64,000 bases of DNA from Candidatus Bathyarchaeota archaeon (GCA_963828195.1 CAWHDT010000001.1:192001-256000), one strand, 5' to 3'. Shown: positions 1 through 9,751, counted from the first letter of the stretch. A program made the numbers and translations. Notes: generated by a model from the sequence alone, not told the origin.

Positions 1-682
1 CTTTTTTGATACTGTACCTGAAGGGTATTTTGCCTACTTCCCTTTCCAAGTAACCTTCTTCATAGAGTTTCTTCATCAGTCTAGCTGTGTGTTCTCTGCT
101 AAGCTTAACTCTGTCTTTAATCTCTGGGGCTGTTTTTGAACCTTCGGAAGACAGCATTTCCAATACGGCGATTTCAGTATCTGTTAAGGTGGCCATCGCT
201 TTGTCACGTTTAATCGGTATGACGGGTTCAATGGTTTCTGGAGTAACATAGAACTTTTGCATTTGGTCCTCAAAACCGGCTATTTTTATCTTAATTGTCT
301 CTTGTGATGCTTCAATGTCTTTAATCTTCACTTCTAAACCTGTTAATCCCGAAAGAATGCTGGTGCTGCTCTGTGAAACTGTCTTTGAGATGGTGACGAA
401 CTCATTTTCAATGGGTGCAACTTTTCTTTCTAATGTTTCTACTTTCCTTAGGCTTGTATCTGTTTTTGCCAAGTTTCCTTCTATCTTGAACGCGACGGCA
501 TCTAATTTATCAGCTTCGCGCTTCAGCTCTCGGTTAAAGCTAACAACAATATCTTCTACAATGCCCTTGGCTTTCTCATATTCTTTCTGCGCCTTATGTA
601 TTTGCCTATAATATTCAAATGACGCTGCTACCGTGGCTGTTAGCAAAACTCCTAAAAGTATTGTTACAAAGTCAACCGTGAT
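1..682 (-). CDS. Membrane-anchored coiled-coil winged-helix DNA-binding protein (3' end runs off window; start uncertain)
   Basis: Hand translation, not in ORF track: ITVDFVTILLGVLLTATVAASFEYYRQ (TM helix), coiled-coil region, then LTDTEIAVLEMLSSEGSKTAPEIKDRVKLSREHTARLMKKLYEEGYLER (wHTH). First in-frame canonical start is TTG at 646. Confidence 0.75.
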   Translation of the reverse strand, partial: MTVDFVTILLGVLLTATVAASFEYYRQIHKAQKEYEKAKGIVEDIVVSFNRELKREADKLDAVAFKIEGNLAKTDTSLRKVETLERKVAPIENEFVTISKTVSQSSTSILSGLTGLEVKIKDIEASQETIKIKIAGFEDQMQKFYVTPETIEPVIPIKRDKAMATLTDTEIAVLEMLSSEGSKTAPEIKDRVKLSREHTARLMKKLYEEGYLEREVGKIPFRYSIKK

Positions 683-967
683 CTTTCATCTCTGTGATTC
701 ATACGTGATTTCCTTTGTTGCATCACATATCACAGTTATCCATGGACTTTTTAAGTTTTGTGGTTATGTAAAAACATGTATGCCATGATATCACATATCA
801 CAGTACTCTTCACTGCCTTAGGCTTTGTTGAATAGCCAGCAAATAAACTATGATTCGAGCTTATTTTAATATTTAAGCCTCAATAGTGACCATTATTTTT
901 GACATTATTCTCTACTTCCTAAACGTTAAAATTTGTATTTACTTTCTGTGATTTGTGACGTCACAAA
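678..967. repeat. ATCAC/GTGAT motif cluster I
   Basis: GTGAT at 678, 694, 705; exact 15-bp direct repeat ATCACATATCACAGT at 722-736 and 790-804; perfect palindrome TTTGTGACGTCACAAA at 952-967. Confidence 0.75.
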
Positions 968-969
968 CG

Positions 970-1440
970 CTATTCTGATGGACTTGACAGCCGTTTCAGG
1001 CTTGTTTCAAGCTCTTCCCGTATGATTTCCAGCACTTTTAGATGGTCTTTTAGCTCTTCTGCTTTGTCTGGAGTCGTCTGATGTGCCTCCACATATTCGT
1101 GCAGTTTATTGGCTATTTCGAGATAAGGGTCGAGAGTTGTGCTGTCAAACACACCCAAATACCCTAAAAGTAACACCGTGTAGATTGATTTTATTACGTT
1201 TTCTTTAGACTGTTTTAATGTCCTGTTGAAGGAGCCTCGGCTTATTTTAGCCTTAGTTAGCCTTAAATTGGCTTTTTCATCGTATTTTAGCTGTTTGCCT
1301 GAAATATTCTCTGCCAAAACGTCTATTAGGAATGTTTCAAGCTGGGTTTTAGTTAATTGGCTGTTCTTAGCCAGTATTTGAACAACGGGGTCGTTTAACG
1401 CCCCGCTCAACCATGCTTGAACACCGTCTTTTAACTTCAA
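970..1440 (-). CDS. Hypothetical protein, probable HTH DNA-binding
   Basis: 156 aa ORF; LTKTQLETFLID...ISRGSFNRTLKQ resembles an HTH recognition helix. Confidence 0.7.
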   Translation of the reverse strand: MKLKDGVQAWLSGALNDPVVQILAKNSQLTKTQLETFLIDVLAENISGKQLKYDEKANLRLTKAKISRGSFNRTLKQSKENVIKSIYTVLLLGYLGVFDSTTLDPYLEIANKLHEYVEAHQTTPDKAEELKDHLKVLEIIREELETSLKRLSSPSE

Positions 1441-1807
1441 ACTCTCTGTTACCTCAACAATCTGAATGGATACGCTTTTGTATACTGCCCCTGCCTTTTA
1501 AGTCTTAGCTGCTTAAATTTTGCTATTTTGTAAAGAAATAAGCCTCAATAAATAGTTCAATCGGTAAAATAACTCAGGTGATGGAGTGTTTATCCTATTA
1601 AAGCGATATTACATTCAATTAACAAATAAACGGCAAAATTATTGGGTATTTGCTGGGCGCTTTGTACGGGATTTTACACAAAAAATGTAGTTTTGTAGTG
1701 TTCTCTGATTGATGCTTATCTTTTAATTAACGGTTTTTTGTTCTATAGCTGTCGTTACGATCTTCTTTGTGACCTTTGACACTTCATTTTCTATGTTATG
1801 ACTACCC

Positions 1808-1920
1808 ATGTGATGCAAAACGACAGCGTGACATCAACCATCACGTCAAAATCACCGTGATTAATCAACAAATCACTTGACATCACGCAAGTGCCATGGA
1901 CTTGTGATGTCAGTGTGATT
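1808..1920. repeat. ATCAC/GTGAT motif cluster II (TGACATCAC-like)
   Basis: About 9 ATCAC/GTGAT/GTGAC copies in ~110 bp in both orientations, including AATCACCGTGATT, TGACATCAC (1878) and GTGATGTCA (1904). Confidence 0.75.
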
Positions 1921-1961
1921 TACTCTCCTCAGTCTCCCGAATGGACAATTTGCGCGTTAAC

Positions 1962-2810
1962 TCAAAGAAGTTCAGAGTACTCTTTTAATTTATCAAAAAG
2001 TTCGGGTCGCAGGTCCCTTAAGGTGGGGATGAACGTCTCCGCCGTTTTTAAGTCATTATAGTCTACTTCGCACATTACAAAGTCTTCCTCATCATACTTT
2101 GCTTTTGCAACTAGATCTCCGTTTGGGCTAACCAGTCTGCTTCCTCCCCAGAATTGTAGACCGTCTTGAACGCCTGCGAGGTTAACGTAAGCAAGGTAAG
2201 CGGTGTTTTCTATTGCTCTTGCGCAAGTTAGAGTTTCAAAGTAACTCCTGCGCACTGCTGGAGATGCAGATATGCATACGATTAATTGTGCCCCCTTCAA
2301 ACGTGTAAGCCTCAGCACTTCGGGGAAGAAAATGTCATAGCAAATGCATAAGCCAATGTTGCCCAAATCTGATTGGAACGCGGCTGCTTGGTAACCTGGG
2401 CGGAAATACCTCTTCTCTTCAAACACGCTGTGAGTGGGCAAATACATTTTACGGTATTTCCCGATTAAACCCTTGGGACCAACAAATACGGCTGTGTTAA
2501 ATACTGTTGCTTTGGTTTTTTCGCTTAACTCAGGCATACCGAAAATAATGTGCATGCCTGTCTTTTTTGTCAGCGCTTCCACCTTCTCAACTGTTGGACC
2601 TGGAATTGTTTCAGCCAACTCGTAGATTTGGTCTCTAACTACGTAGCCAGTTAATGAAAGCTCTGGAAAAATAGCTAGATCTGCCCCTTGCTCTTTGGCT
2701 TTGAAGGTTAATGATTCTATTTTCTGGAGGTTAGCTTCTTTGTTTTCTCGTCTGCTGCTTATTTGGGCAAGGGCAAGTTTTATCTTGTCTTTCATTTCAG
2801 TTTCCTTCAA
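1962..2810 (-). CDS. Carbon-nitrogen hydrolase (nitrilase superfamily)
   Basis: Catalytic E-K-C motifs FPELSLTGY, YRKMYL, ICYD. Confidence 0.92.
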   Translation of the reverse strand: MKETEMKDKIKLALAQISSRRENKEANLQKIESLTFKAKEQGADLAIFPELSLTGYVVRDQIYELAETIPGPTVEKVEALTKKTGMHIIFGMPELSEKTKATVFNTAVFVGPKGLIGKYRKMYLPTHSVFEEKRYFRPGYQAAAFQSDLGNIGLCICYDIFFPEVLRLTRLKGAQLIVCISASPAVRRSYFETLTCARAIENTAYLAYVNLAGVQDGLQFWGGSRLVSPNGDLVAKAKYDEEDFVMCEVDYNDLKTAETFIPTLRDLRPELFDKLKEYSELL

Positions 2811-3649
2811 TATGTATGTCTGGGAAGCCTAAAATCGTTTCCCACTGTTCTATACCCCATTTTCGGGGCTATTGGCATTCTCCTTTTATGCTCATTTGCG
2901 AGCCATCTAGCCTTGACTTTGTCCACGAGTGATTTCTCTATTGTTAGCTGATTGGCAATCTCTTCAGTGGCCATAAACCGCTCTAACCCATAAAGAATCA
3001 GATCCAGCGTTTCATACTTGATTCCAAGTTCATTTTCCGCGGTTTGGTTTGGCCAAAGCGCCGGTGTGGACGGTTTTAAGGCGAGCTCCTCGGGGATTCC
3101 TAAATGAATTGCGAGTTTGCGGACTTGAGTTTTGTACAAATCCATAATTGGGGTTATGTCAGCTGCGGCGTCTCCCCATTTAGTGAAGTAACCCATCATT
3201 GTTTCTGATTTGTCGGAGCTTCCGCAGACGATTTTGTTAAGTTTGTTACCGTAATAGTAGAGGTAAACCATTCTAGTTCGCGCTTTAATGTTTCCTTTAC
3301 AAAGCCTGTCTTTTGCTTCAAAAACTGGAATACCCTTATAGAAACATTCTAAGACACTTGATATGTCACAGATTTGTGTTTGCAATTTAAATTTGTCTGC
3401 AACGATTTTTGCATCGTCAATGTCTTTTTGGTTAAAGTTTTCTTTTTCTGGCAGCATGAGAGCCAACACGCTGTCTCCGCCTATAGCAAGACTTGAAAGT
3501 GCAGCTATTGTTGCGCTGTCGATTCCTCCTGATAGGCCAAGCACTATGCCTTTTGCTCCGGCGTTTTCAACGTAATCTTTGATAAAACGGCAAATTCTAG
3601 TTTGCGTTTCTGATGAGTCTATTTCTAAGACAGAAAGGGTTAATTTCAT
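2807..3649 (-). CDS. nadE: NH3-dependent NAD+ synthetase
   Basis: GLSGGIDS PP-loop, GNIKARTRM, GYFTKWGD. Confidence 0.95.
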   Translation of the reverse strand: MKLTLSVLEIDSSETQTRICRFIKDYVENAGAKGIVLGLSGGIDSATIAALSSLAIGGDSVLALMLPEKENFNQKDIDDAKIVADKFKLQTQICDISSVLECFYKGIPVFEAKDRLCKGNIKARTRMVYLYYYGNKLNKIVCGSSDKSETMMGYFTKWGDAAADITPIMDLYKTQVRKLAIHLGIPEELALKPSTPALWPNQTAENELGIKYETLDLILYGLERFMATEEIANQLTIEKSLVDKVKARWLANEHKRRMPIAPKMGYRTVGNDFRLPRHTY

Positions 3650-3750
3650 TTGGCTTCACGCAGCCCCATATATTCTTGGTTTCTAGGCAAGTATTTAAGC
3701 ACAAGCATAAATATTACTCAACATTATCATCGATTTGGAAGGCTGTTATA

Positions 3751-4020
3751 TTGGGTCGAAGAAGGAAAAAAGTAGTTCATATTCCTAAGAAACGGTTACC
3801 TAAATTCTTCTCTTGCCCAAAATGTGGAAAAGAGACAGTGAAAGTCGAAATATCCAGAGAAGACGGTGGCCACTCTGTTGCACAATGCAGTAGTTGCGGT
3901 CTTAAAGAAGAGTTCCCAGTTAAACCCGCTCAAGGTGAAGTTGACGTTTACTGTATGCTTACAGACCGTGTTTATGGTTCCACAAAAAGAACCCCTGTAG
4001 CAAACATAAAAAAAGAGTAA
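3751..4020 (+). CDS. elf1: Transcription elongation factor Elf1
   Basis: GRRRKK...LPKFFSCPKC...CSSC...VDVY; TTG start at 3751. Confidence 0.88.
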   Translation: MGRRRKKVVHIPKKRLPKFFSCPKCGKETVKVEISREDGGHSVAQCSSCGLKEEFPVKPAQGEVDVYCMLTDRVYGSTKRTPVANIKKE

Positions 4021-4036
4021 TCGAAGGATTATCGCT

Positions 4037-4783
4037 TTGCTTGGGACTACTGAAAAGTACCTACTTGAAAAAATAAAGACCGACGGGTCAATCCACATAA
4101 CTCTTATTGACCCAGAAAAAGTGTCAGCCCTACAAGCTTCACGCATCGCTGCAAACTCTGAAAACAGCGGCACCGCCGCCGTAATGATAGGCGGCTCAAC
4201 ATTTGCGTCTCAAAGCCATCTTGACGACGTCGTGAAAGCCATAAAGTGCTCTGTAAAAATTCCTACAATACTTTTCCCAAATAACATAACTGGAATCAGC
4301 AGTTATGCAGACGCCATTTGGTTTATGTCGCTTTTAAATTCGGTTGACCCCTACTTTCTTATGGGCGCCCAGATTCTTGGAGCCCCACTTGTCAAAAAAT
4401 ACGGTTTAGAACCTATTTCTATGGGTTACATAATTGTTGGGGACGGCGGCACTGCCGGCATAGTGGGAAAAGCTATCTCCGTACCATACACGAAACCTGA
4501 ACTTGCAGCTGCCCATGCCCTTGCAGGTCAATACCTAGGCATGCGCTTCATTTACTTGGAAGGCGGGTCTGGAGCAGCAAATCCTGTACCTCCAGAGATG
4601 ATTCACGCCGTTAAGCACTTGATTGAAATTCCCCTTATAGTTGGCGGCGGAATACGAACTAAAGAGCAAGCTGTTGCGGCTGTTTCTTCAGGGGCAGACA
4701 TAATCGTTACCGGCAATGTTACAGAGACCAGTGATGCCCAGCAAAAGATTTCTGAAATAATCAAGGCGATTAAAGGCATTTAA
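4037..4783 (+). CDS. Geranylgeranylglyceryl phosphate synthase
   Basis: HITLIDPEK, GGST, YLEGGSGA, VGGGIR. Confidence 0.93.
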   Translation: MLGTTEKYLLEKIKTDGSIHITLIDPEKVSALQASRIAANSENSGTAAVMIGGSTFASQSHLDDVVKAIKCSVKIPTILFPNNITGISSYADAIWFMSLLNSVDPYFLMGAQILGAPLVKKYGLEPISMGYIIVGDGGTAGIVGKAISVPYTKPELAAAHALAGQYLGMRFIYLEGGSGAANPVPPEMIHAVKHLIEIPLIVGGGIRTKEQAVAAVSSGADIIVTGNVTETSDAQQKISEIIKAIKGI

Positions 4784-4865
4784 TTTAGCCTCAAAGTTTC
4801 TTTTGCCTTTTGTGCTTAGTTTTTAGAAAGCCAAAATAAGCCATTGTTCTATATGTTGCCAAGGG

Positions 4866-7800
4866 ATGCCACGCGCGTTGAATATCAGCAAGGGCTATCA
4901 GAACTACGTTGAATCGATGGAAAATGAGCTGAAGCGATTGTATGCTTTAAGCGACAGCGCTCGGTCAGAAGGCTTTGATCCCTCGTTGAAAACAGAATGC
5001 ATCGTCGCCCAAGATATCGCTGACTTAGTAGAAGGGCTAGTAGGACCCAAAGAAGTGGCGTTAAGCATCAGAGAATTAAGCACTAAAATGCAAAGGGAAG
5101 AAATTGCGTTCAAAGTTGCTGAAGAAATCGTACTGGGCAAATTCGGCCACATGGAACCTGAAAAAGCCGCTGAGCAAGCGATCCGAACTGCCTTAGCAGT
5201 TTTCACCGAGGGCTTAACTGCAGCGCCAATACAGGGTATAGCCCAAGTCAAAATAAAAACTAACGCTGACCGGACACGCTATTTAGCCGTTTACTTTGCG
5301 GGTCCAATACGGTCGGCAGGCGGAACGGACCAAGCGTTAACTTTGGTTGTAGGCGACTTCGTGCGCAGCCGATTAGGCTTGGACAAATACAAGCCCACAG
5401 AGGAAGAAGTCTCCCGTTTTATAGAGGAGCTAAGATTGTACGAGCGTTCAGTAGGCCGTTTCCAATACCACATTCCCGATGACGAATTAAAGAAGGCGCT
5501 TAACCTCATCCCAGTCGAATGCACCGGCACCGAATCAGACCCAGTAGAAGTTTCATCATATCGTAACCTTCCACGGGTAGAAACCAACCGAGTGCGAGGT
5601 GGAGCCCTAAGGGTCGTAAACGACGGCATCGTTGGACGTGCCCAAAAAGTCTTCGTAATTATCGATAAAATAGGTTTCCAAGGTTGGGACTGGCTCAGAG
5701 AATTCAAAAAGAAATCCGAAAAAAAGTCAGGCGGCTTTATGGATGATGTAATTGCCGGGCGACCGATTTTTGCTTTCCCTTCAAGACGCGGCGGCTTCAG
5801 GCTGCGTTATGGCAGGTCTCGGAACACCGGGCTTTCGGCAGTAGGCATTCACCCCGCCACTATGCTTGTTGTGGAGAACTTTCTTGCCGCAGGTACCCAG
5901 ATGCGTTTGGAGCTTCCAGGAAAAGGATGCGTAACGCTTCCTGTTGACACAATAGAGCCTCCTGTTGTTTTGCTCAAGGATAATTCTGTTGTCAGAGTAA
6001 CATTGGAAAATTTTGCTGATGTCAAGGGTAAAGTCCAGAAAATCTTGTTTTTAGGAGACATCCTGATCAGTTTTGGCGACTTTCTCTATACCAGCAAAGG
6101 GCTTCCTCCTTCAGGGTACGTTGAGGAATGGTGGGTCAAAGACCTGCAGCAATCCCTTAACGCAAAATTCGGTTCAGACTATAATAAAGCAGCAGAATCC
6201 ACCCACGTGCCTAAAGAAAGACTAAATTGGTTTATTGAAGATCCCTTTAGGAATAAACCCACCACTAAAGAGGCAATTCTTCTTAGTCAGCGGTTGGGCA
6301 TACCTTTGCATCCAGCTCAAACATTCTTTTGGTCAAGCCTATCTGGGGTTGAAGAAGTCGAATTGCTGAAAAAATGGTTGACTTCTTGCGAAGTTGCCTT
6401 GGAAGATGAAGTTGTATGCAAAATTTCCGGGGAAGCCAACGAAGATACAATAAAACTTCTCAGGCGAATCTTTGCACCGCACAAACTGATGGATAACAAG
6501 ATTTTGCTGGAAGGCGAAGATGCTGCCGCTTTCGCGTTCTGTCTTGGCTATGCTAAACCAAACGTTGTTAGCGTGGTCCAAGATGACGGCGTTTTCGGGG
6601 CGCTTAGCTTGCTTTCCGGAGTGCAAGTTAAGGATAAAGCACCTACCTATGTTGGTGGACGCATGGGAAGGCCCGAAAAGGCTAAAAGGCGAGAGATGAA
6701 ACCGCTTGTCCACGTTCTTTTCCCAGTTGGCTTAGCTGGCGGGACACACAGAGACCTTTTGGAAGCCGCAAAGCAAGGTCACGTGTTTGTTGAGATGGTT
6801 AAAAGAAAGTGTCCTAACTGTAAAAGCTACACTTTAAAGGTAAAATGCCCTAGTTGCGGAAGCGCCACTGTAACAGAGAAAAGTTGCCCTCGCTGCGGAA
6901 AAGCCTTGAAGGAAAGTAGTTGCCCCACATGTAAAAAAGAAGCGACGCAGTATCAGCGGCAACCAGTCAACTTTAAAGAAATGGTTGATGCAGCATGCAA
7001 GTCAATTAATTATCCAACTCCCAAAATGCTACGTGGCGTAAAAGGATTAATTAACAAAGATAAAACACCTGAAATTATCGAAAAAGGACTGCTAAGGGCA
7101 AGACACGAGTTATCAGTTTACAAAGATGGGACAATTCGCTTTGACGCCACAAATGCCCCTCTTACTCATTTTACCCCTATCGAAATTGGCGTGCCCCTTG
7201 AAAAAATCAGGAAGTTAGGGTACTGCAGCGATACGCATGGGGCACCATTGGTTGATCCCAATCAGGTTTGTGAGCTTAAAGTTCAAGACATTGTTATTCC
7301 CGTGCAGGCTGGCGAATACTTTCTTCAGATAGCAGCTTTCATCGATGATCTGTTGGTAAGGGTCTACAAGCTTCCAGCTTACTATAACGTTAAGAAACCT
7401 GAAGATCTTGTCGGCCACTTGATTTTTGGCTTAGCTCCCCATACGTGTGCTTGCATTTTGGGCCGCATAATAGGTTACACAAATCGTAACGTGATTTATG
7501 CTCATCCAATCTGGCACTCAGCCAAACGCCGTGACTGCGACGGCGATGAAGACGCAATCATGCTTGCATTGGATACGCTGCTGAATTTTTCACGTGTTTA
7601 TTTGCCCGATCAAATAGGCGGAATTATGGATGCTCCTATTCTTTTAATTCCGTTTGTTAACACAAAGGAAGTGCAGAGGCAGGCGCATGATTTTGACGTT
7701 GACGCTTCTTATCCGCTTGAATTCTACAAAAAAACTTTGGAGAAAGCCGAGGTAAGATCTGTTAGCTCGATTATGGATGTTATTAGTCACAGGCTTGGAA

Positions 7801-8288
7801 CTGAAGCGCAGTTTGAAGGCTTCCAGTATACCACACCAGTGACAAACATAAATCTAGGCAACGCTAACAGCTCCTATAAAGAGTTCAAATCAATGATTGA
7901 AAAACTCAACATGCAACTTGAGTTAGGCGAAAAAATCGATGCAGTAGATGTCGAACGTGTCGCACTAAAAGTTTTAACCACTCATTTCATCAGAGACATA
8001 GCTGGGAATCTAAGGGCTTTCTCAACGCAAGCATTCAGGTGCAAATCATGCAACAAAAAGTTCCGTCGACTGCCCCTGAAAGGCAAATGCCCCTTCTGCG
8101 GCGGAAAGCTAACTCTCACCGTTTACCGGGGCGGCATCGAGAAGTATCTGGTGGCGGCTCAGCAGCTTGTTGACACCTACGGTTTACCTAACTATTACAC
8201 TCAACGCATGGACCTCATAAAAGAAGAAATAGCTTCAATGTTCGATAACAAAAAGCCAAAGCAAGCAAAACTTTTCGATTTTAATTAA
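4866..8288 (+). CDS. polC: DNA polymerase D large subunit DP2
   Basis: YFAGPIRSAGGT, RLRYGRSR, RRDCDGDED, Zn fingers, C-terminal PIP-like QAKLFDF; no intein apparent. Confidence 0.97.
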   Translation: MPRALNISKGYQNYVESMENELKRLYALSDSARSEGFDPSLKTECIVAQDIADLVEGLVGPKEVALSIRELSTKMQREEIAFKVAEEIVLGKFGHMEPEKAAEQAIRTALAVFTEGLTAAPIQGIAQVKIKTNADRTRYLAVYFAGPIRSAGGTDQALTLVVGDFVRSRLGLDKYKPTEEEVSRFIEELRLYERSVGRFQYHIPDDELKKALNLIPVECTGTESDPVEVSSYRNLPRVETNRVRGGALRVVNDGIVGRAQKVFVIIDKIGFQGWDWLREFKKKSEKKSGGFMDDVIAGRPIFAFPSRRGGFRLRYGRSRNTGLSAVGIHPATMLVVENFLAAGTQMRLELPGKGCVTLPVDTIEPPVVLLKDNSVVRVTLENFADVKGKVQKILFLGDILISFGDFLYTSKGLPPSGYVEEWWVKDLQQSLNAKFGSDYNKAAESTHVPKERLNWFIEDPFRNKPTTKEAILLSQRLGIPLHPAQTFFWSSLSGVEEVELLKKWLTSCEVALEDEVVCKISGEANEDTIKLLRRIFAPHKLMDNKILLEGEDAAAFAFCLGYAKPNVVSVVQDDGVFGALSLLSGVQVKDKAPTYVGGRMGRPEKAKRREMKPLVHVLFPVGLAGGTHRDLLEAAKQGHVFVEMVKRKCPNCKSYTLKVKCPSCGSATVTEKSCPRCGKALKESSCPTCKKEATQYQRQPVNFKEMVDAACKSINYPTPKMLRGVKGLINKDKTPEIIEKGLLRARHELSVYKDGTIRFDATNAPLTHFTPIEIGVPLEKIRKLGYCSDTHGAPLVDPNQVCELKVQDIVIPVQAGEYFLQIAAFIDDLLVRVYKLPAYYNVKKPEDLVGHLIFGLAPHTCACILGRIIGYTNRNVIYAHPIWHSAKRRDCDGDEDAIMLALDTLLNFSRVYLPDQIGGIMDAPILLIPFVNTKEVQRQAHDFDVDASYPLEFYKKTLEKAEVRSVSSIMDVISHRLGTEAQFEGFQYTTPVTNINLGNANSSYKEFKSMIEKLNMQLELGEKIDAVDVERVALKVLTTHFIRDIAGNLRAFSTQAFRCKSCNKKFRRLPLKGKCPFCGGKLTLTVYRGGIEKYLVAAQQLVDTYGLPNYYTQRMDLIKEEIASMFDNKKPKQAKLFDFN

Positions 8289-8348
8289 CCTAAAGCTTTT
8301 CAGTATAAACTGCTTGATATCTATCGGTGAACCCGAATTAAGGAAGCT

Positions 8349-8600
8349 TTGCATCCGAACGCTTACTTGAAAAACATAAGAAACGTAAGTTGCGGTCTTA
8401 AAGCGAGAACCAAAATATTAGAGGCGCTTGAAAGCAACCCCCACGATGCTGTGAGGCTTGCAAAAGAAACTTCTTTATCTTATGGTGTTGTTAGGCATCA
8501 CCTTCGGCTCCTTGAAAACGAAGGGATAGTTCACCGCAGAGGACGAAGACCCAGCTTTTGGGGTTCCACAGGTTTAGGGCAGAAACGCTTAGTCAGTTAG
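8349..8600 (+). CDS. Small ArsR-like winged-helix protein
   Basis: RTKILEAL...LSYGVVRHHLRLLENEGIV. Confidence 0.75.
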   Translation: MHPNAYLKNIRNVSCGLKARTKILEALESNPHDAVRLAKETSLSYGVVRHHLRLLENEGIVHRRGRRPSFWGSTGLGQKRLVS

Positions 8601-8887
8601 AACGTGCATTGACATGGTGATTGTTGGCATTTTGGGCATTTGTGGTTGTATTTGTTGATAGCTGCTTTTTCAAGGTCAATTCCCATTATGTTAGCAAGAG
8701 ACGCAAGCCAAGCGATCACATCTGCAAATTCTTTCTCAGTAGCCTCTTTATCTGTTCCCTTTTTCAATTCTTCACCTAATTCCTCAACCTCATCAACAAG
8801 CCAATTGTAGGTTCCACTTGCCCCTCGTTCGCTGTCTCTTTTGAAGTATAGTTGACTCATCATTTCTTGGAATTCGCGTATATGCAT
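8597..8887 (-). CDS. MazG-like nucleotide pyrophosphohydrolase
   Basis: EVEELGE...EFADVIAWLASLAN, C-terminal CPKC..PC.C; start moved to MHIREFQ. Confidence 0.88.
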   Translation of the reverse strand: MHIREFQEMMSQLYFKRDSERGASGTYNWLVDEVEELGEELKKGTDKEATEKEFADVIAWLASLANIMGIDLEKAAINKYNHKCPKCQQSPCQCTF

Positions 8888-9014
8888 AGACCCACCAAAC
8901 TTAGTGGTACTCTTAACTATGCGGAAGTTAAATATTTTGTAACAACCAAAAAAATTCTGAATCTGCGTAACATTAATTAATACAAATAATGCATTGAGAG
9001 GGCAGGGATATTTA

Positions 9015-9185
9015 GTGAGCACGAGACGAAAAAAGAAGAAAGATACCGGTCCAATGCCCGCCGCAAGTGCAGGGTTACTGAGGTTCTTTGAGGAAGAAAC
9101 CGAAGGAATAAAAATCAGACCTGAACTGCTTGTCGTCTTTGCTATATCGTTGATTGTCTTATCTGTTTTAGTGAAAATATTCTAG
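9015..9185 (+). CDS. secG: Preprotein translocase subunit Sec61beta
   Basis: MPAASAGLLRFFEEE..GIKIRPE plus C-terminal TM helix. Confidence 0.9.
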   Translation: MSTRRKKKKDTGPMPAASAGLLRFFEEETEGIKIRPELLVVFAISLIVLSVLVKIF

Positions 9186-9201
9186 CAGTTTACCGCTTAC
9201 T

Positions 9202-9492
9202 TTAGCGCCTCGGCGAAGTGGCGTGTAACACTTCTATTCTTTGAACGGAGTTTAAATGAAGAAACAACTCGCTTCTTTCTTCTCGACTTGTAACCTGCGG
9301 GATAGGCTGAGCAATAGTAGATCTTAAAACAATTGCTTCGGCGTCCGAAAGCCAGATTCCTGAAGGTTCATGCGTCACGGCGGCTAAGACGCCTTCAAAA
9401 CCGTAAGCTGGATCAATAATGACTCTGATTTTTTTGCCCACATTTTTCTCCAGCATGTGAAATATTGAGAGGGGCAAATCTTGATCTGCCAT
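9202..9492 (-). CDS. Hypothetical protein, possible Sm/LSm-like fold
   Basis: LEKNVGKKIRVII...FEGVL...IWLSDAE...LFLHLNSVQRIEV resembles the Sm1/Sm2 pattern. Confidence 0.6.
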   Translation of the reverse strand: MADQDLPLSIFHMLEKNVGKKIRVIIDPAYGFEGVLAAVTHEPSGIWLSDAEAIVLRSTIAQPIPQVTSREERSELFLHLNSVQRIEVLHATSPRR

Positions 9493-9751
9493 AGACTTCG
9501 CAAACTAATACAATTGTTCTTCTAAAGATAAAACAGTTCCCCTGTAAAAGCACGTTAACTTCCTTCCTAAAAAACTCAAAGTCGCGTTTTGACCCATAGA
9601 AATTTGACTTGTTTGTGTTAAATTACAAATCGACATTTTTTGGGTTACAAAAAAATTTGTACTTTCCTACACTGATCGAGACATGCCGCATTTGTGGGGA
9701 CTAAATTTTAATAAGCTCTCTAATCCCATAAGGAAGCTTAAGAGTGAAAAT

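Noticed and set aside
315-611. 98 aa plus-strand ORF
   Set aside because: Antisense shadow of the minus-strand TM-wHTH gene
690-1950. Canonical Orc1/Cdc6 origin (ORB boxes)
   Set aside because: No TTCCA..GGAAA/G-string ORB consensus seen and no cdc6 in the window; the motif arrays are reported separately
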